Source: Takakia lepidozioides (lineage: Eukaryota; Plantae; Bryophyta). From it: a DNA stretch of 64,000 nt. Shown one piece after another: positions 26,546-39,635 of this stretch. Below the pieces are notes generated by a model. The model saw only the letters and a list, made by a program, of their open reading frames with translations. It searched no databases and was not told where the DNA came from. Position 1 is the first letter of the stretch, and each line of letters begins with the position of its first letter. Location: positions 50,096,001-50,160,000 of the forward strand of contig CM060732.1 in NCBI GenBank assembly GCA_030704615.1, read 5' to 3'. The position numbers and the translations under genes are program-made.

Positions 26546-29180
26546 ATGGCCACCGAAGTCGAGTCCCAGAAGCCCAGGGGGGAGGAAGTAGATTTCGTGC
26601 ATCAGAAGATGGAGAAAATCGCCAAGGAAACCCAGGAGAAGCTAGGTGGACCGGAGGACAGCTCGGTTATTGCAGCGCAGATTGTGGTGCCATCCGAACT
26701 CGGCAAGGAAAATGAGAAGGTGAGTTCCTGCGTGCTCGAATTTTTTTTTAGTGTCAAGGAGAGCGAAGGAAGTTTAGCAAAGAGAAGAGAGAGAGACTCT
26801 CAGACAGTCTCATGGCGCTTGCTTGGAATTTTAGAGCTATTGTTTGACCAGCGATCAATCTTGATCTTCTGATGTAGTAGTTTGAATCACAATGTCTGTA
26901 CACAGCGACTTTGATCTTGCTCATGAGTAGAACGCACTGATGTTTTCAAGGGAGTACCGTAATCTCACATATTCCCGTTGTCATCGCAGAAGATCAAGTC
27001 TCTGGAGATCGAGAATGCGAGGCTCAAATCCAGCTTGAAGGATTGCGAGGAAGCGCTAAGTATGGCGAACAACGAAACGGAGAAGTCCAACCAAGTGGCC
27101 CGCGACGCTAAGGCGAAGATTGCGGATCTTGAGAAGGCGCTTGACGAGCTGAGGACAGAGGTACAAGAAGCTGGGGCGAAGGCAGCATCTCTGGAGCTGA
27201 AACTGAAGGAGGCTGATGAGAGATGTTCGGATGCTGAATCCAAAATCAAGGAGATTGAGGGTAAGACGCGATTTGTCGCGCAGAACAACGACGCTCTTGC
27301 GGAGGATCTGCAGAACACACAAACCGGGTTGCAAGATCGGGAAGTAAAACTGGCAAATCTGGGTGATGCAGTCGCTGCTAGAGATGCAAAAATCAAGGAG
27401 AAGGAAGGATTGGTTGGCGATCTTTCTCAAAAGGTACTTTTTTATGCATCGTATTACGTAATTTAGCAGGATATTTCATTGATCATAACAGCCTCATAAC
27501 TGTCCTTCTCGTTCTCAAAAGGTACTTTTTTATGCATCGTATTACGTAATTTAGCAGGATATTTCATTGATCATAACAGCCTCATAACTGTCCTTCTCGT
27601 TCCAAGATCGTTCAGCATGTAGTGCATGTTGACTTAGTCTAAATCAAATACATCATCTACAAAGATTTTCGTAACATATTCAATTTCCTGGACTCTCTTA
27701 CTCGACATTTCAGGCACAGAGCTTTGAGTCTCGAGCTATTCCAGCGGAGCAGAAGGCGTCACAGTTGGGCGGACTTAAAGGAAATCTCGAGGAGAGGGCT
27801 GCTGGGGCAGAAAAGAAGCTTGCCAACGTGGGGCAGGCCAAACAACAAGGGGAAGCAACCATAGCTGATTACGAGGAGGAGCTGAGGGATGCTGAAGCCC
27901 GCGCAAATAAGCTGGAGGCAGCTCTTAGGGCCGAGCAAGAAAAGACAGCTACTCTTGCAAGTGAAGTAGATGAGCTGAAGAAACAAACCCAGCAAGATTC
28001 CGGCCATGCGAGAGTGTTGGCTGAAAAAATTGCGGAATTGGACAGTGTACTCTCTGCTACGAAAGACGAGGGGGATAACACTAAAAGAAATTTGGAAGGG
28101 GAAAAACAGAATCTCGAACAAGTGAAGGAGGCGGAAGGCGAGGGGAAGAGTGCGGCTGAGAGAAAGACATACGAGCTTGGTAATGAAAAGAGTGGGTTGT
28201 TGTCCTCTATTGGTGATTTGAAGACAAGAATGTTGGGTGCATTTTCTAAGGCCGATGAGAAGGAAGCTGATGCGCAGGCCACTCGTGCGGAAGCTGAAGC
28301 CGCAGCTGGAAAGGCGACGAATTTGGAAGGTGTGCTAGGTTCGCAGTCGGACAAGGTACATGATTTAGAACAAACTGAGAAGGGTTTATCAAGTGAATTG
28401 GAAGCCGCCAAGGCGAAGGCCCAGGCAGGAGAGAGAGCCGCTACGGAATTGCAAGACAAAGAGGCAAAGCTTGGAGAGATGGATGCTGATTTGAAGTCAT
28501 CAGGAGAGAAGCTTGCAGATCTGGGGACAAAGCTCAAAAACTTACGACTGGAGCGTGATGAAGCCCAAAAATCTGCTGCTGACAAAGACGGCAGGTACGG
28601 GTTCCAGTTGAGAAAAGTTATTTCCTTTGAATTTCTGACTAACAAATGTGACGCAGTCCCACCACCCTCTCTTATTACTCCTGTTGTGAGACAGTACCTC
28701 TTCAAATCCGACTGAGGGAATTTCACAAACTTTCCAGAGCTACAAGAAAAGTGTCTGACATATTTATGATATTCACAATCAGTTATTCTCCCTAAAACAT
28801 AGAAATGAAAAGCTCATTGAACTGAGTAGAACTATGATGAAGTAACTGTACATGAGAGAAAAATGGCAGCGACGCTTATTTGGCGTGTTGAATTTATTTT
28901 CATCTTGAGCAGGGTGAAGCAGCTGGAGGAGAAAATTGCTGATCTCGAGAAGGAAGTGCAACGCCTCCGGGAGCGAGAGGTAGAACTGGAAAATCAACTC
29001 AAGTCTGTAGGTGGAAAGGTGGACCGGCATACAGCAGCCGTCCGAGGTCACCAAGATGAGACTGTGGCGAAAGCTCAGAAAGCTGCAGCCCTGCAGGAGG
29101 AGGTGAAGGAAAATGAAGAGCATATCCAAGCTAAAGAAGAAGAATTCGTGGAGAGTGTCACCGAACCAGTGCAATCCTAG
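26546..29180 (+). CDS. Long coiled-coil protein of unknown function (~590 aa); exons 26546-26719, 26990-27433, 27714-28594, 28913-29180
   Basis: E/K/A/L-rich heptad ORFs joined by phase-compatible GT-AG introns (0, 0, 2), with a NAGNAG acceptor at exon 2. No catalytic motif recognised. Confidence 0.8.
27424..27599 (+). repeat. Perfect 88-bp tandem duplication spanning a 5' splice site
   Basis: ttctcaaaaggtactttttt…tgtccttctcg occurs at 27424-27511 and 27512-27599. Confidence 0.95.
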
Positions 29181-30012
29181 ATGTGTAACGCTTTTATTAC
29201 GTAAATATCTCCAGTTCTCAGTCTCAGACTCTTAATTTGTAGACCAGTTCTGTTGCATTGATCTTCTCTGTACATGCTCCAGTACAAAGGAAAACTCTTC
29301 TAGTAAAACCAGACCAACCCACTTGTATAGATGTAGTCAAGTTTTGTTGGGCGCTGAAGAGGGAGAAAATACCTTTGAGCATATTCGTTCTTATCTATGG
29401 TAGGTGTTTAACTTCCTTGGAGAGAATTGGATTTTTATACTTCCATTGCAATAAATATTTCCATTGCAATAAATATAACTGCTAAATTTAATATTATGTG
29501 TATGCTTTTTCAACAATCTGACATCTAGACATTTTGTTGTCTGTCTACCTTACGCAACAAGTCAGGGAGTGGGTATGAGGACTAATCTTTCATGTGGGAC
29601 AATCCCTGGTTCAGAAAGGAGTATTGGTGAATGAATCAACACTGTTAGTTCTGAATGTAGATGTGGAACAAGGTAATTTTCATCCACTTTTTACAAGGCC
29701 CCAACTGAAATCATTAATGAAGTTACCTCAAAATCTTGCCCAAAATGCTGAAACCTCTGACGTAACTGCTATGTACATTGTATATCGTTTGCAAACACCA
29801 TTTAATACATTCCATGAGAGCTGACAGCTGTGAAGTTTTTAGAGCATAAGAAAAATTACATTACAACTTGCAGTTTACAAAAAATGCTATAATTTTGCAA
29901 GCGACGTGGTGAAACTTAGTATAGTGGCAGGCCAGTTGATGACATCCTTCTACCTTTAAGAATGTGTGAACAAGGGCGCTATCGTATACATACGAGTATT
30001 GTACTGGTCAAG

Positions 30013-31062
30013 TGTTGTACTGGTTAACCCGGGTATTAGCTTGGGATGAGAGAACCTACCAGGCGGGGTGGGTAGGGCGGGTAGGTGACGGCCACAATAC
30101 CCAAGATAAACCAAGGTTATCCTATCTCGGCCTACCTGCCCTACCATATCCATATTGATACCTCTCGTGAATGCAGAGCGCCATACCAGTTCAAAGACCC
30201 TGATGTCCTTCTTGAATCCTTGGTAGGGTCTTGCAATATACTAGCACACATTCTAGGGAAGGTTGACGGCTGTGTAGAGGGAACCTTTGGGCGGCAGACT
30301 GCAGTTAGGGTGAGAGATTTGTTAGAGGGGGTGGTTGTATAATTGACAATAAACTTCATACCCGGGTTGATATCTGCCTGGTATTGTACAATTCCAAACC
30401 CTACTATTGATACCACATATTGGATCTTGCAAAAACAATACTTATACTTCTATTTCAGAAATCCTTGTTTTGCAATACCTAGGGCCATACCAGTGTTGGA
30501 TTGTATTGAGAGTCCACCTGGTTGTCGTGCACCTAAGCATCGTGTCACAACATACATCGTTGTCCACCATACATTCTAAGCACACAATCCTAGAAAGCTA
30601 TGCCACAATGATAATGGAAGTGAACACACACTGGAAACACTCCACTCATGAATCCATTCAATCACATAAACTAAGTCAAGCCAAGGGCACCTTTGCTAAA
30701 CGAATCCACCCTACAAAGCCCTCCCACACTCCCTCTCAATACCTAGAGTTATGGAGGTTGGAGAGGCTCACGGAGGCTCAACTACAAGAAGATGAGCCCT
30801 CCTCAACACTCACAAGGGGAAAACCCATCCCCATGTCCCAAGTGAGGTTTGACATCTCACTTGGTATGTGAGACCAAATGAAGTCCCAACACACAAAATA
30901 CAAATATAAATATCCAAAATGTCCTAGTTAACTAGAAGTAGGTAATTCTAGTTAACCATGACTAAAACCATGACAGCTGTCGTACACCTAAGCATCGTGC
31001 CACAACATACATCGCTGTCCACCATACATTCTAAGCACACAATCCTAGAAAACTATGCCACA
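30013..31062 (-). repeat. 3' LTR region of the DNMT-Gypsy element (interrupted)
   Basis: Begins TGTGGCA just after the PPT. Probable end …TACAACA at 30013 (approximate). Confidence 0.6.
30609..30975 (-). mobile_element. Short solo-LTR-like element (367 bp)
   Basis: Termini TGTCATGG…CCATTATCA. The first ~70 bp are nearly identical to 43564-43634. Flanked by an 88-bp direct repeat instead of a 5-bp TSD. Confidence 0.6.
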
Positions 31063-31063
31063 A

Positions 31064-31073
31064 TCGTCCCCCT
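31064..31073 (-). promoter_or_regulatory. Polypurine tract of the DNMT-Gypsy element
   Basis: AGGGGGACGA followed by T-TGTGGCA (LTR start). Confidence 0.7.
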
Positions 31074-31319
31074 AGCTGGTGATTAGGTCCCTCTAACACC
31101 GGATAGCTGACAAGTATCCATCTCAATAAAATCATCGTTTGGTCTTCAATCGCACATGTCCTAGTATCTAAAGTCAATAGATCAAGAGGTCGGGTGCAAA
31201 AGTAGCCCCATCGTTACTCGCCTTCCTGCAATCCATAATCTTCAATTAAGTATCCATGGCGTTGAGCTCCCATCAGCTAGACCTTGGATCACTTGTCAAT
31301 TCCACCATTGTCATGCCCA

Positions 31320-32630
<1,311 letters not shown>

Positions 32631-33884
32631 TCTCTCTCCTTAGCAGTCACACTGGCTGTTGTCTCTCTAGTACGAAGGTAGGCCAACACTGTTGCATCTT
32701 CATGCATATCCTTAGCACCACCAAGCTCCTCACTGATCTCCGGATCGTCATGCACACCATCTACATGACCAATGCTATGGGATGGACCAGCTTGAGCTCT
32801 CATTGCTAGGATGCACAAAAAGGCAGATACATGTCATCCTGGCACCATCTCCTCATCCGTCTCACCATGCCACCGAGCTCCAGTATCATCATGCTCGCTC
32901 GTGCATGGATTACGACTCAATCCATCTGCATCCCGATTGACAATACCGGCTCGATGCACCATCTGAAAGTCGTATTCTTAAAGCATAAGTGCCCACCGTG
33001 CAAACTTCCCTGTAAGCTTGTCTGACTCCATCAATCACTTCAATGGTTGGTGATCCGTGACAAGGGTGAAGAGATTGCCATAGAGGTAGCATCTGAAATG
33101 TGCCACTGCCCATACCGCAACTAGACACTCCCATTCATAGGATTTATACTTCACCTCGGCATCATTGTTTGAGCGGCTAGCATATGCCACTACGAACTCT
33201 CTTCCCTCATCATCCATCTGTGTGAGCGCTGCTCCAATCCCGAGCTGTAGAATAATAGGAATTTCTGACTTAATGACAACTTTCAGAAATTTTTAATATC
33301 TTTCTAGCCTGCGATACCTTCGATATTGTTGCGATAGGGCAATGTTCTTCGATATCTTGTATACAGTCGATAGTCTATCTTGGACTGAATGATAGAAGAG
33401 ATGGATGAAAAATTGTAAATGATGGATGAAGGAGTTTTTGAGCGGTTATTACAGTTATTGAAATACTCTGCTATATAAAGCGTTAATGAGAAGCAGAAAG
33501 TGTCAATTGAGCCAGAGAGCCGTGACCGGGAGTAGAGAGAGTAGAGTGAGTAGGAGGTAGATTATAGAGTTATTCTGCAATGGTAGATTTAGTACTGCGT
33601 TCTTGCAGTGTTGTGATTTATGAATGAGAAGAAGAAAACAAAAGAAGTGTCATTCACTTTGTGTTTTCGTGTGTAAGAACTGAAGAACCATATGAGATGA
33701 TGAGAATGCGCATAAATGAAACAGATAAGAATTCGATGTGAGGATTAGTTCTGGTCCATCAAGAGGAATATCGATAGAGAGATATTCAAAGCTCAAGAAG
33801 GAGCCGATTAAGGAAAAGAAGACAGAGAGAGGGTTTTCAATTGGATTCATGATAGGAGTGAAACAGTGAATTAAAATCATTTGC

Positions 33885-34193
33885 ATGGTGGAGAGCAATA
33901 GTGAAGGAATAAAGGAAGTGTCAGAATTGATTTCTGGATTACCAGATCATTTATCGATAACAATCTTTCAGAAACTTTGTTATAGTGATAAAGAAGTATT
34001 CTTATTGCAATTGGTCAATAAAGGATGGCATAGGGAGATATCCATTCTATACCGGAGTTGTTATTGGAAGCATAGTTGGTTGCAGAAGTGGTATAGACCA
34101 TTTGAAGGCTATCCTGAACTTATGATAGAATGGAATCATAACTTTGGTGAGGGAAAATCCGTGGAACGACTTGAGAAACAGAATTGGTGGTGA
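33885..34193 (+). CDS. F-box-domain-only protein 1 (102 aa)
   Basis: LISGLPDHLSITIFQKL…LLQLVNKGW matches the F-box pattern L-x-x-G-L-P-D-x-L…I…L…V-x-K-x-W. Confidence 0.55.
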   Translation: MVESNSEGIKEVSELISGLPDHLSITIFQKLCYSDKEVFLLQLVNKGWHREISILYRSCYWKHSWLQKWYRPFEGYPELMIEWNHNFGEGKSVERLEKQNWW

Positions 34194-34209
34194 AGAATGA
34201 TCACTAGCG

Positions 34210-34407
34210 ATGTGTGAAGGAGAACAGATAGTATATCCTGTAGAATTGATTACTGGACTGCCTCATAGTTTGTCTCTAGATATCTTTAAAAGATTACAAT
34301 GCAGCGACAGGGAGATAATCAATCTATGGTTAGTTAATAGAGAATGGTATCGAGAGCTGTTGACTTTGTATCAGAGAGATTATTGGAGGAAGAATATAGT
34401 GGAGTAA
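34210..34407 (+). CDS. F-box-domain-only protein 2 (65 aa), paralog of the preceding ORF
   Basis: ELITGLPHSLSLDIFKRL…LWLVNREW…LY…YW aligns residue by residue with ORF 33885. Confidence 0.55.
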   Translation: MCEGEQIVYPVELITGLPHSLSLDIFKRLQCSDREIINLWLVNREWYRELLTLYQRDYWRKNIVE

Positions 34408-36180
34408 TGGTATTTGATTTCAGCCGATGGAGCAGAGTTAATAGAAGATAGAGAGAATATTCATGAATCTGGAATAATGATGATCGTGTTAGATGAAGAT
34501 GACTGTTGGTAGAAGTTGTTTCAAAGAAGGGATAGAGAGAGATAGAATAGTCTGGCATCATTATGTATTAGTCGTATAGTGCTTTCCCCAGTGAACGAAC
34601 CTTAGAACTAATTAATCCTCTTTTAGGATTGATTCTAGTTTTATTCTACACCAGCATACTCCAATCCGTATGTAGCTGGAAAGGCCGCCCCCGAATAGGT
34701 CGCCTTAGAATAGGTGCAAAAGTCAATCGAGCCTTGAGTTGCTCAAAGGCTTCCTCCTGCTCCTCCTCCCACTGCCACTCCTGACCCACCTTGGTCAACT
34801 TAGTAAGAGCCTTTGCAATGCTGCTAAATCCCTTGACAAACCATCGATAGTAGTTTGCCAACCCATGAAAGTACGAACTCTGCTAAAATCTATGGGGCGT
34901 GGAATGCGTGCAATGGCCTCCACCTTCGTCTTTTGAACACCCAATCATCCAGGGTATATCATGTGGCCCAGATACTCAATCTGGTTGTGGAAGAACTTGC
35001 ACTTCCCAAGGTGCAATTTCAACCCATGCGCTCTCAAGCGCTCAAACATCATCTGAAGGTGTCTCTCATGCTCCTCAACCGTAGCACTAAAGACGATGAT
35101 GTCATCAATGTAACACGGGGCAAAGTCTAGCCCCGCGAGAATCCTATCCATAACCCTCTGAAACTTTGCAGGAGCATTCTTCAACCCAAATGGTAGGAAG
35201 CGCCATTGGTACAAACAATCATTTTCATGTTGATCAATCCCCCAGAATGTCGTCTTTTGCTTGTCAGCCTCTTTGATTGGCAACTGGTGGTAACCGGATC
35301 GCAAGTCCAATGTGCTAAATACCTTCGCATGCCCAATGGCATCAAAGATTTCCTCTGGAGTTGGCATGGCATATCTATCGGACTTAGTCTGACGGTTCAC
35401 AGGACGATAATCCCCACACATCCTTCTTTCTGTCCAATTGCCATAGATATCCTTCTTAGCTGGCATCACCGTTGCCGAGGCATACTCCCCGCCTGACAAC
35501 TCCACCAATCCAGCTTCGAACAACTCCATAGTCCGTGACTGGATCAATGACCTCTCCATGTCACTATACCGGTAGGGCCTTCGAAAGATTAGCGTGTCAC
35601 TTGCCAAATCAATACGAATCTCTTGACCCTTCAAATTCCCCAAATTCTTCAAACCGAAGGCAAAACAATTTCTATAAGCCCTTAGAAATCGCTGGATCCT
35701 CCGTCTCTCTCCTCCGGTGACTGTAGGTCCAACATCTGGTTCCCAATTGTCCTCAGTGACTACAACCTTGGGTACATCAGGCTTGGATGTAGGAGACGAA
35801 TCCTTTGGTTGCTAGATAGCAACCTCTTGGGCCTTGTCCGCCCAATCTGACTGTGGCGTAGCCTCCACTTGCTCTGCCATAACCACCTTGAGAACATCCT
35901 CTGGGGAAGAAACATTCTTAACCTCTTCAAAAACATTCTCAACCTCTTCAAAAACATTGGCCACCTTGGCCTCCAACTGATCCTCAGTGTATGGCTCTCC
36001 CCACTCTTCATACTGCTGCTTGAGAGATCCAAGGACTCTCTCTTTCCGCATCTCATCCCACATCTGCCATGGGTGTTTGCACCCCATGATCCTGTGCTTG
36101 CCCCCACTCACTGCCTCAACCGTCCCGGTTGGCAGAGGGGATACAATACCAAATGGGAGTGCAGAAGTAGCCACCACTGT

Positions 36181-37150
36181 CTACAACCTCTGTTGCTCAG
36201 CCATGCACACACCAATGACCCATGTCAAGCAATTTAGATCCATTGCTTGACCCAACACATGTCGGCGTGATGCCTCTGACAGAGCTGGCACAGCTGTAGT
36301 GCCCGTGGCAAATCCCATTGCCCGCTCTCGCTCATCTGCATTGGGCTCCACCAATTGCTGTAGCACACTCCAGGACCATTGTCTCAAAAAACATGAGACG
36401 AGGGAAAGCTCATGAGCGTAGGCAAGGCCGCACGTGGCTGCCCCACTCAATTTACCACTGCTAGAGGTGGACGGTCATCATGTCGCACCCTCTGTGGTTG
36501 CCTCTCTTGGTCCAAAATTCCCTCAACTATGAGATTGGGTGGCCGTTGAATGGAATTGTATGCTCTCTTGAGCAGCTCTGGTGGTGCAAGATTGATCCAC
36601 CACAATCGAGGTCGATGTGCTCATGATCCCACCGCTGCTGCATCCAATAGCACTGTCGATCCAATCCAAGACCGCACCTGATGCACACTGGCCATAACCC
36701 TGGCCCGAGAGTCCCCTATAAGAGGAACATTCTCCAAGATATAGGCTAGAGGTTGCACTTGCCTCGTCTGCAAGTCACGCAACACTCTCAATATCTCCCA
36801 AAACAAATGCGATCATGCATCATGCAAGTCGTTCCCATGACCTGCGGGAGAGTGTCCTTGGCAATGCCATCCAGCTATCACCAAGTCAATGGCACCATGC
36901 CGGTCCAAATCATCTGGCCCCAGCAAGGTAATGTCTGTTGGCAAGGCCTTTTTGATACCCTTGAATTGCTGAGAGAGGCAACAACTCAAGATACCGGTGT
37001 GTGAGCAAGACGATGTGGCGCATAGAAATACGCCGAGCTATCTCATCCTTCTCCACATACAAGTACTTGCGTACTTTAATCCCAGCTTGCAACACTCCTG
37101 CAAGCCCAGTGCTCATGCCTCCAAACAAGTCTAGCAAACAAATCCCTGAG
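36181..37150 (-). pseudogene. DNMT3-like DNA (cytosine-5) methyltransferase domain inside pol
   Basis: Motif I LLDLFGGMSTG; II YLYVEKD; III TDIT; IV IDLVIAGWHCQGHS (PCQ altered to HCQ); V D-x-*-SHLFWE; VI YILENV; VIII AHRPRLWW; IX ERERAMGF; X RRHVLGQAMD. One +1 frameshift in an A-run and further frameshifts and stops. Confidence 0.9.
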
Positions 37151-37529
37151 TCAGGTGGTTGCCAGGTAATGGGCACTGTATCCAAAGGAGCTAACTGAGG
37201 AGGTCCAGGTGATGTCACTGAACTCCCCTCACTCACCAATGGATAGGCCTCATGCCATGCTTGGTGCACATATTCGCCTACTACTCGATGCAAATTCCTA
37301 ACTATACCCCACAGTGGAATATGAACAGACACATGAGGAAGCAAATCAGCCTTGTATGCCAATTGTTTGTCCTCATCAGGTGGGGGCCTATCATCTGCAT
37401 GGCTATTGCCCTCCAAGAGCTCACCACCCCAAGCCACCACCCCTGAGAATGCAGCCAATGTGGCATCATGTTCCTATGATCCACCACTACATTCCCAATA
37501 AACCACACTAGGAACAGTGCACGTCGACC

Positions 37530-37900
37530 ATCCCCTGACTGCCATTCCGGCCTATAGGATGTCGTTTCCTCCCAAAAGTCCAAAGTAAAGCCCATTGGGT
37601 ATAACACAGCCCCACCAACAAGCACATCATAAGACATCGCGTCCGTAACAATGGCTTTAGCTCTCATGACAGAGCCATCTGTAGGATGATCTTGCTGCAA
37701 TCGAATGAAGAGCTCATGGCGTGTAATCCCTCGTGTCTTCTCTAAACCGCCCAAAGATGTTTGAATTTGGAAAGGACAAGGCTCCAAATCCGCCTCTGTA
37801 AGGCCCAAGCCTGCAATTGCTGCTCTCCCCAACATCAATGGTTGTGCTCCCGAGTCCAACAAGACCCGCAGTGGCCTATACCTCCTCCCGGCTGGGCCAC
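37530..37900 (-). pseudogene. Retroviral-type aspartic protease
   Basis: LRVLLDSGAQPLMLG…YDVLVG. Confidence 0.85.
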
Positions 37901-38699
37901 CCAACTGAAACACACCATCATGATTGTCCACCAGGACTACCCCGTGAGTCACCATACTACGCTCAATGGCTGGTCTAGCTGGCAACTTCTGCAACCTTGC
38001 AGCTGCCATTTGCCATGGCACAACTATGGTTGTTTTCACCCTTGAATCCAAGGCATCCATGCAATGCACCTGATCCGCTATCCCCGCAGATAGTGCCGAT
38101 GCATCACCATTCTCATAGAGTCTAGCTGTCAGTCTAAACACTGCAGCTGGCCGCATCCCCGGCATTGCAATTGTCGTGGCAGAAAACAATGGAGCTTGGC
38201 AAATTGCCGTAACCGCCCCCAATAATGTACTGGCTGCACCTTGCTTTGCAGTACCACCCACTGGCATTTCCCGAGCCGCGCATACCAACTCTCCCCAATG
38301 ACACTCGTGGCTTTACTTCTGACACACTTGGGCGAGCGGGTGCCATCGATGGCATAGTTGGCACTGTCTCAGCCAATGTGAAAGACTGTGGAAGCCTTGT
38401 CTGCCGACTTGCTTCCCATCTTTGTGGATCAAAATCCACATCCACTCCTCTTGGCTCAGGAACACGCGTTGCTGCTCGAGTGACTGCAGCTGCAGAGTCC
38501 ACATGTAATGGTCTTGCAAGTGCGGCTCCACACATGAAGCCCATACCAATCTGGTCTTCCCTAGGCATAGGAGGTTGTGCAGGTGGGGCTTGAACCTCAA
38601 GCCTTGGAGCTGGGGCAACGTGAGTAGTGGCCATGGCAGCAAGACGTTGCTCTAGCTGGGCAAGTCTATCCACCATGCCTTGGTCATGACCTTGACCTT

Positions 38700-39598
38700 G
38701 ACCCTGTGCTCCTTGGTTTTGGTTATGTTCTCCATCCCGACCTCTGCCTCCTCTACCTCTCTGGACTACATTGCCTCGTCCTCGGCCACCATTGTTCCCT
38801 TGGAACTGGCCTGGCCGTAGCTCAGGATGCAAGTCATAACAATGGGCCTCTTCATGCCCATACTTGCCACAATGCCCACATTGTAGTTGTGTAGGTTGTG
38901 CCTGTGCCGGCCCTTTGCCTCTTTCCAGACAATCTTTCTTAACATGGGGTCCTCCACAATCCCGACATGTCACACCCGACTGTTGTTGGCCTGAGAATGA
39001 AGGAAGTGACCTCTGCAATTGAGATCCTCTCGGCCCTTCCCCGGGCTTTGCCTGAACCCCCTTGTTGCCTTGAGCACATTGGGGTAGTGGTTGTTGTGGC
39101 TAGGAGCCCCACCTCGTTGTGTCTCCTGACCAAACCCCACCATGACCACTCGCTCCTCCACCATATTGAGCTCTATCCGCTCTGCCAGCAAAAACACATT
39201 TGCTAAGGTGGGTTGGTCCACTTGTAGGAGAGTTGCGTCCCGCACCCTTCTCCTCAACTCCTTGTCCAGGATCCCATACCAGAACTGGACTGCCTGAGCT
39301 TCTGTAACCCCTTGGGTTACGTTTATCAAGCGTCTCATGCGAGTGTAAGCCTCCCTCAAACTCTCGACAGGCTTTTGTTGGAACTCTTGCAAACTCCGCA
39401 ATTTCTCCGTCCTTATCCAGGAAAGGGGGGGGGTTTGCGACGCCGCGACGTCGTAAAACAACCCTTTTCGGGCAGGGGGAAAACCCAAATTTGCGACGCC
39501 CGGGCGTCACCAAAAAAATGTCGCAAATTTGCGACCAATGGGGTCGCAAATAGGCGAAACCGCGATTTGCGACGCCGGACGTCGGAAATAAATTTTAT

Positions 39599-39635
<37 letters not shown>

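Larger units (their letters stand above)
33246..34650 (+). mobile_element. 1405-bp solo-LTR-like (TG..CA) insertion carrying two F-box-like ORFs
   Basis: 10-bp terminal inverted repeats TGTAGAATAA/TTATTCTACA. 5-bp TSD cgagc/ccagc (1 mismatch). Removing it restores RNase H WSML-G. TATATAAA at ~33472. Confidence 0.85.
32900..35652 (-). pseudogene. Reverse transcriptase and RNase H (RNase H split by the 33246-34650 insertion)
   Basis: [52 protein letters not shown]|LGIGAAL, VAYASR, ECLVAVWAV, TDHQPL, ADGLSR. Confidence 0.95.

Noticed and set aside
27869-28726. 285-aa minus-strand ORF
   Set aside because: Antisense shadow of the coiled-coil exon (Ser/Phe/Ala-rich mirror composition).
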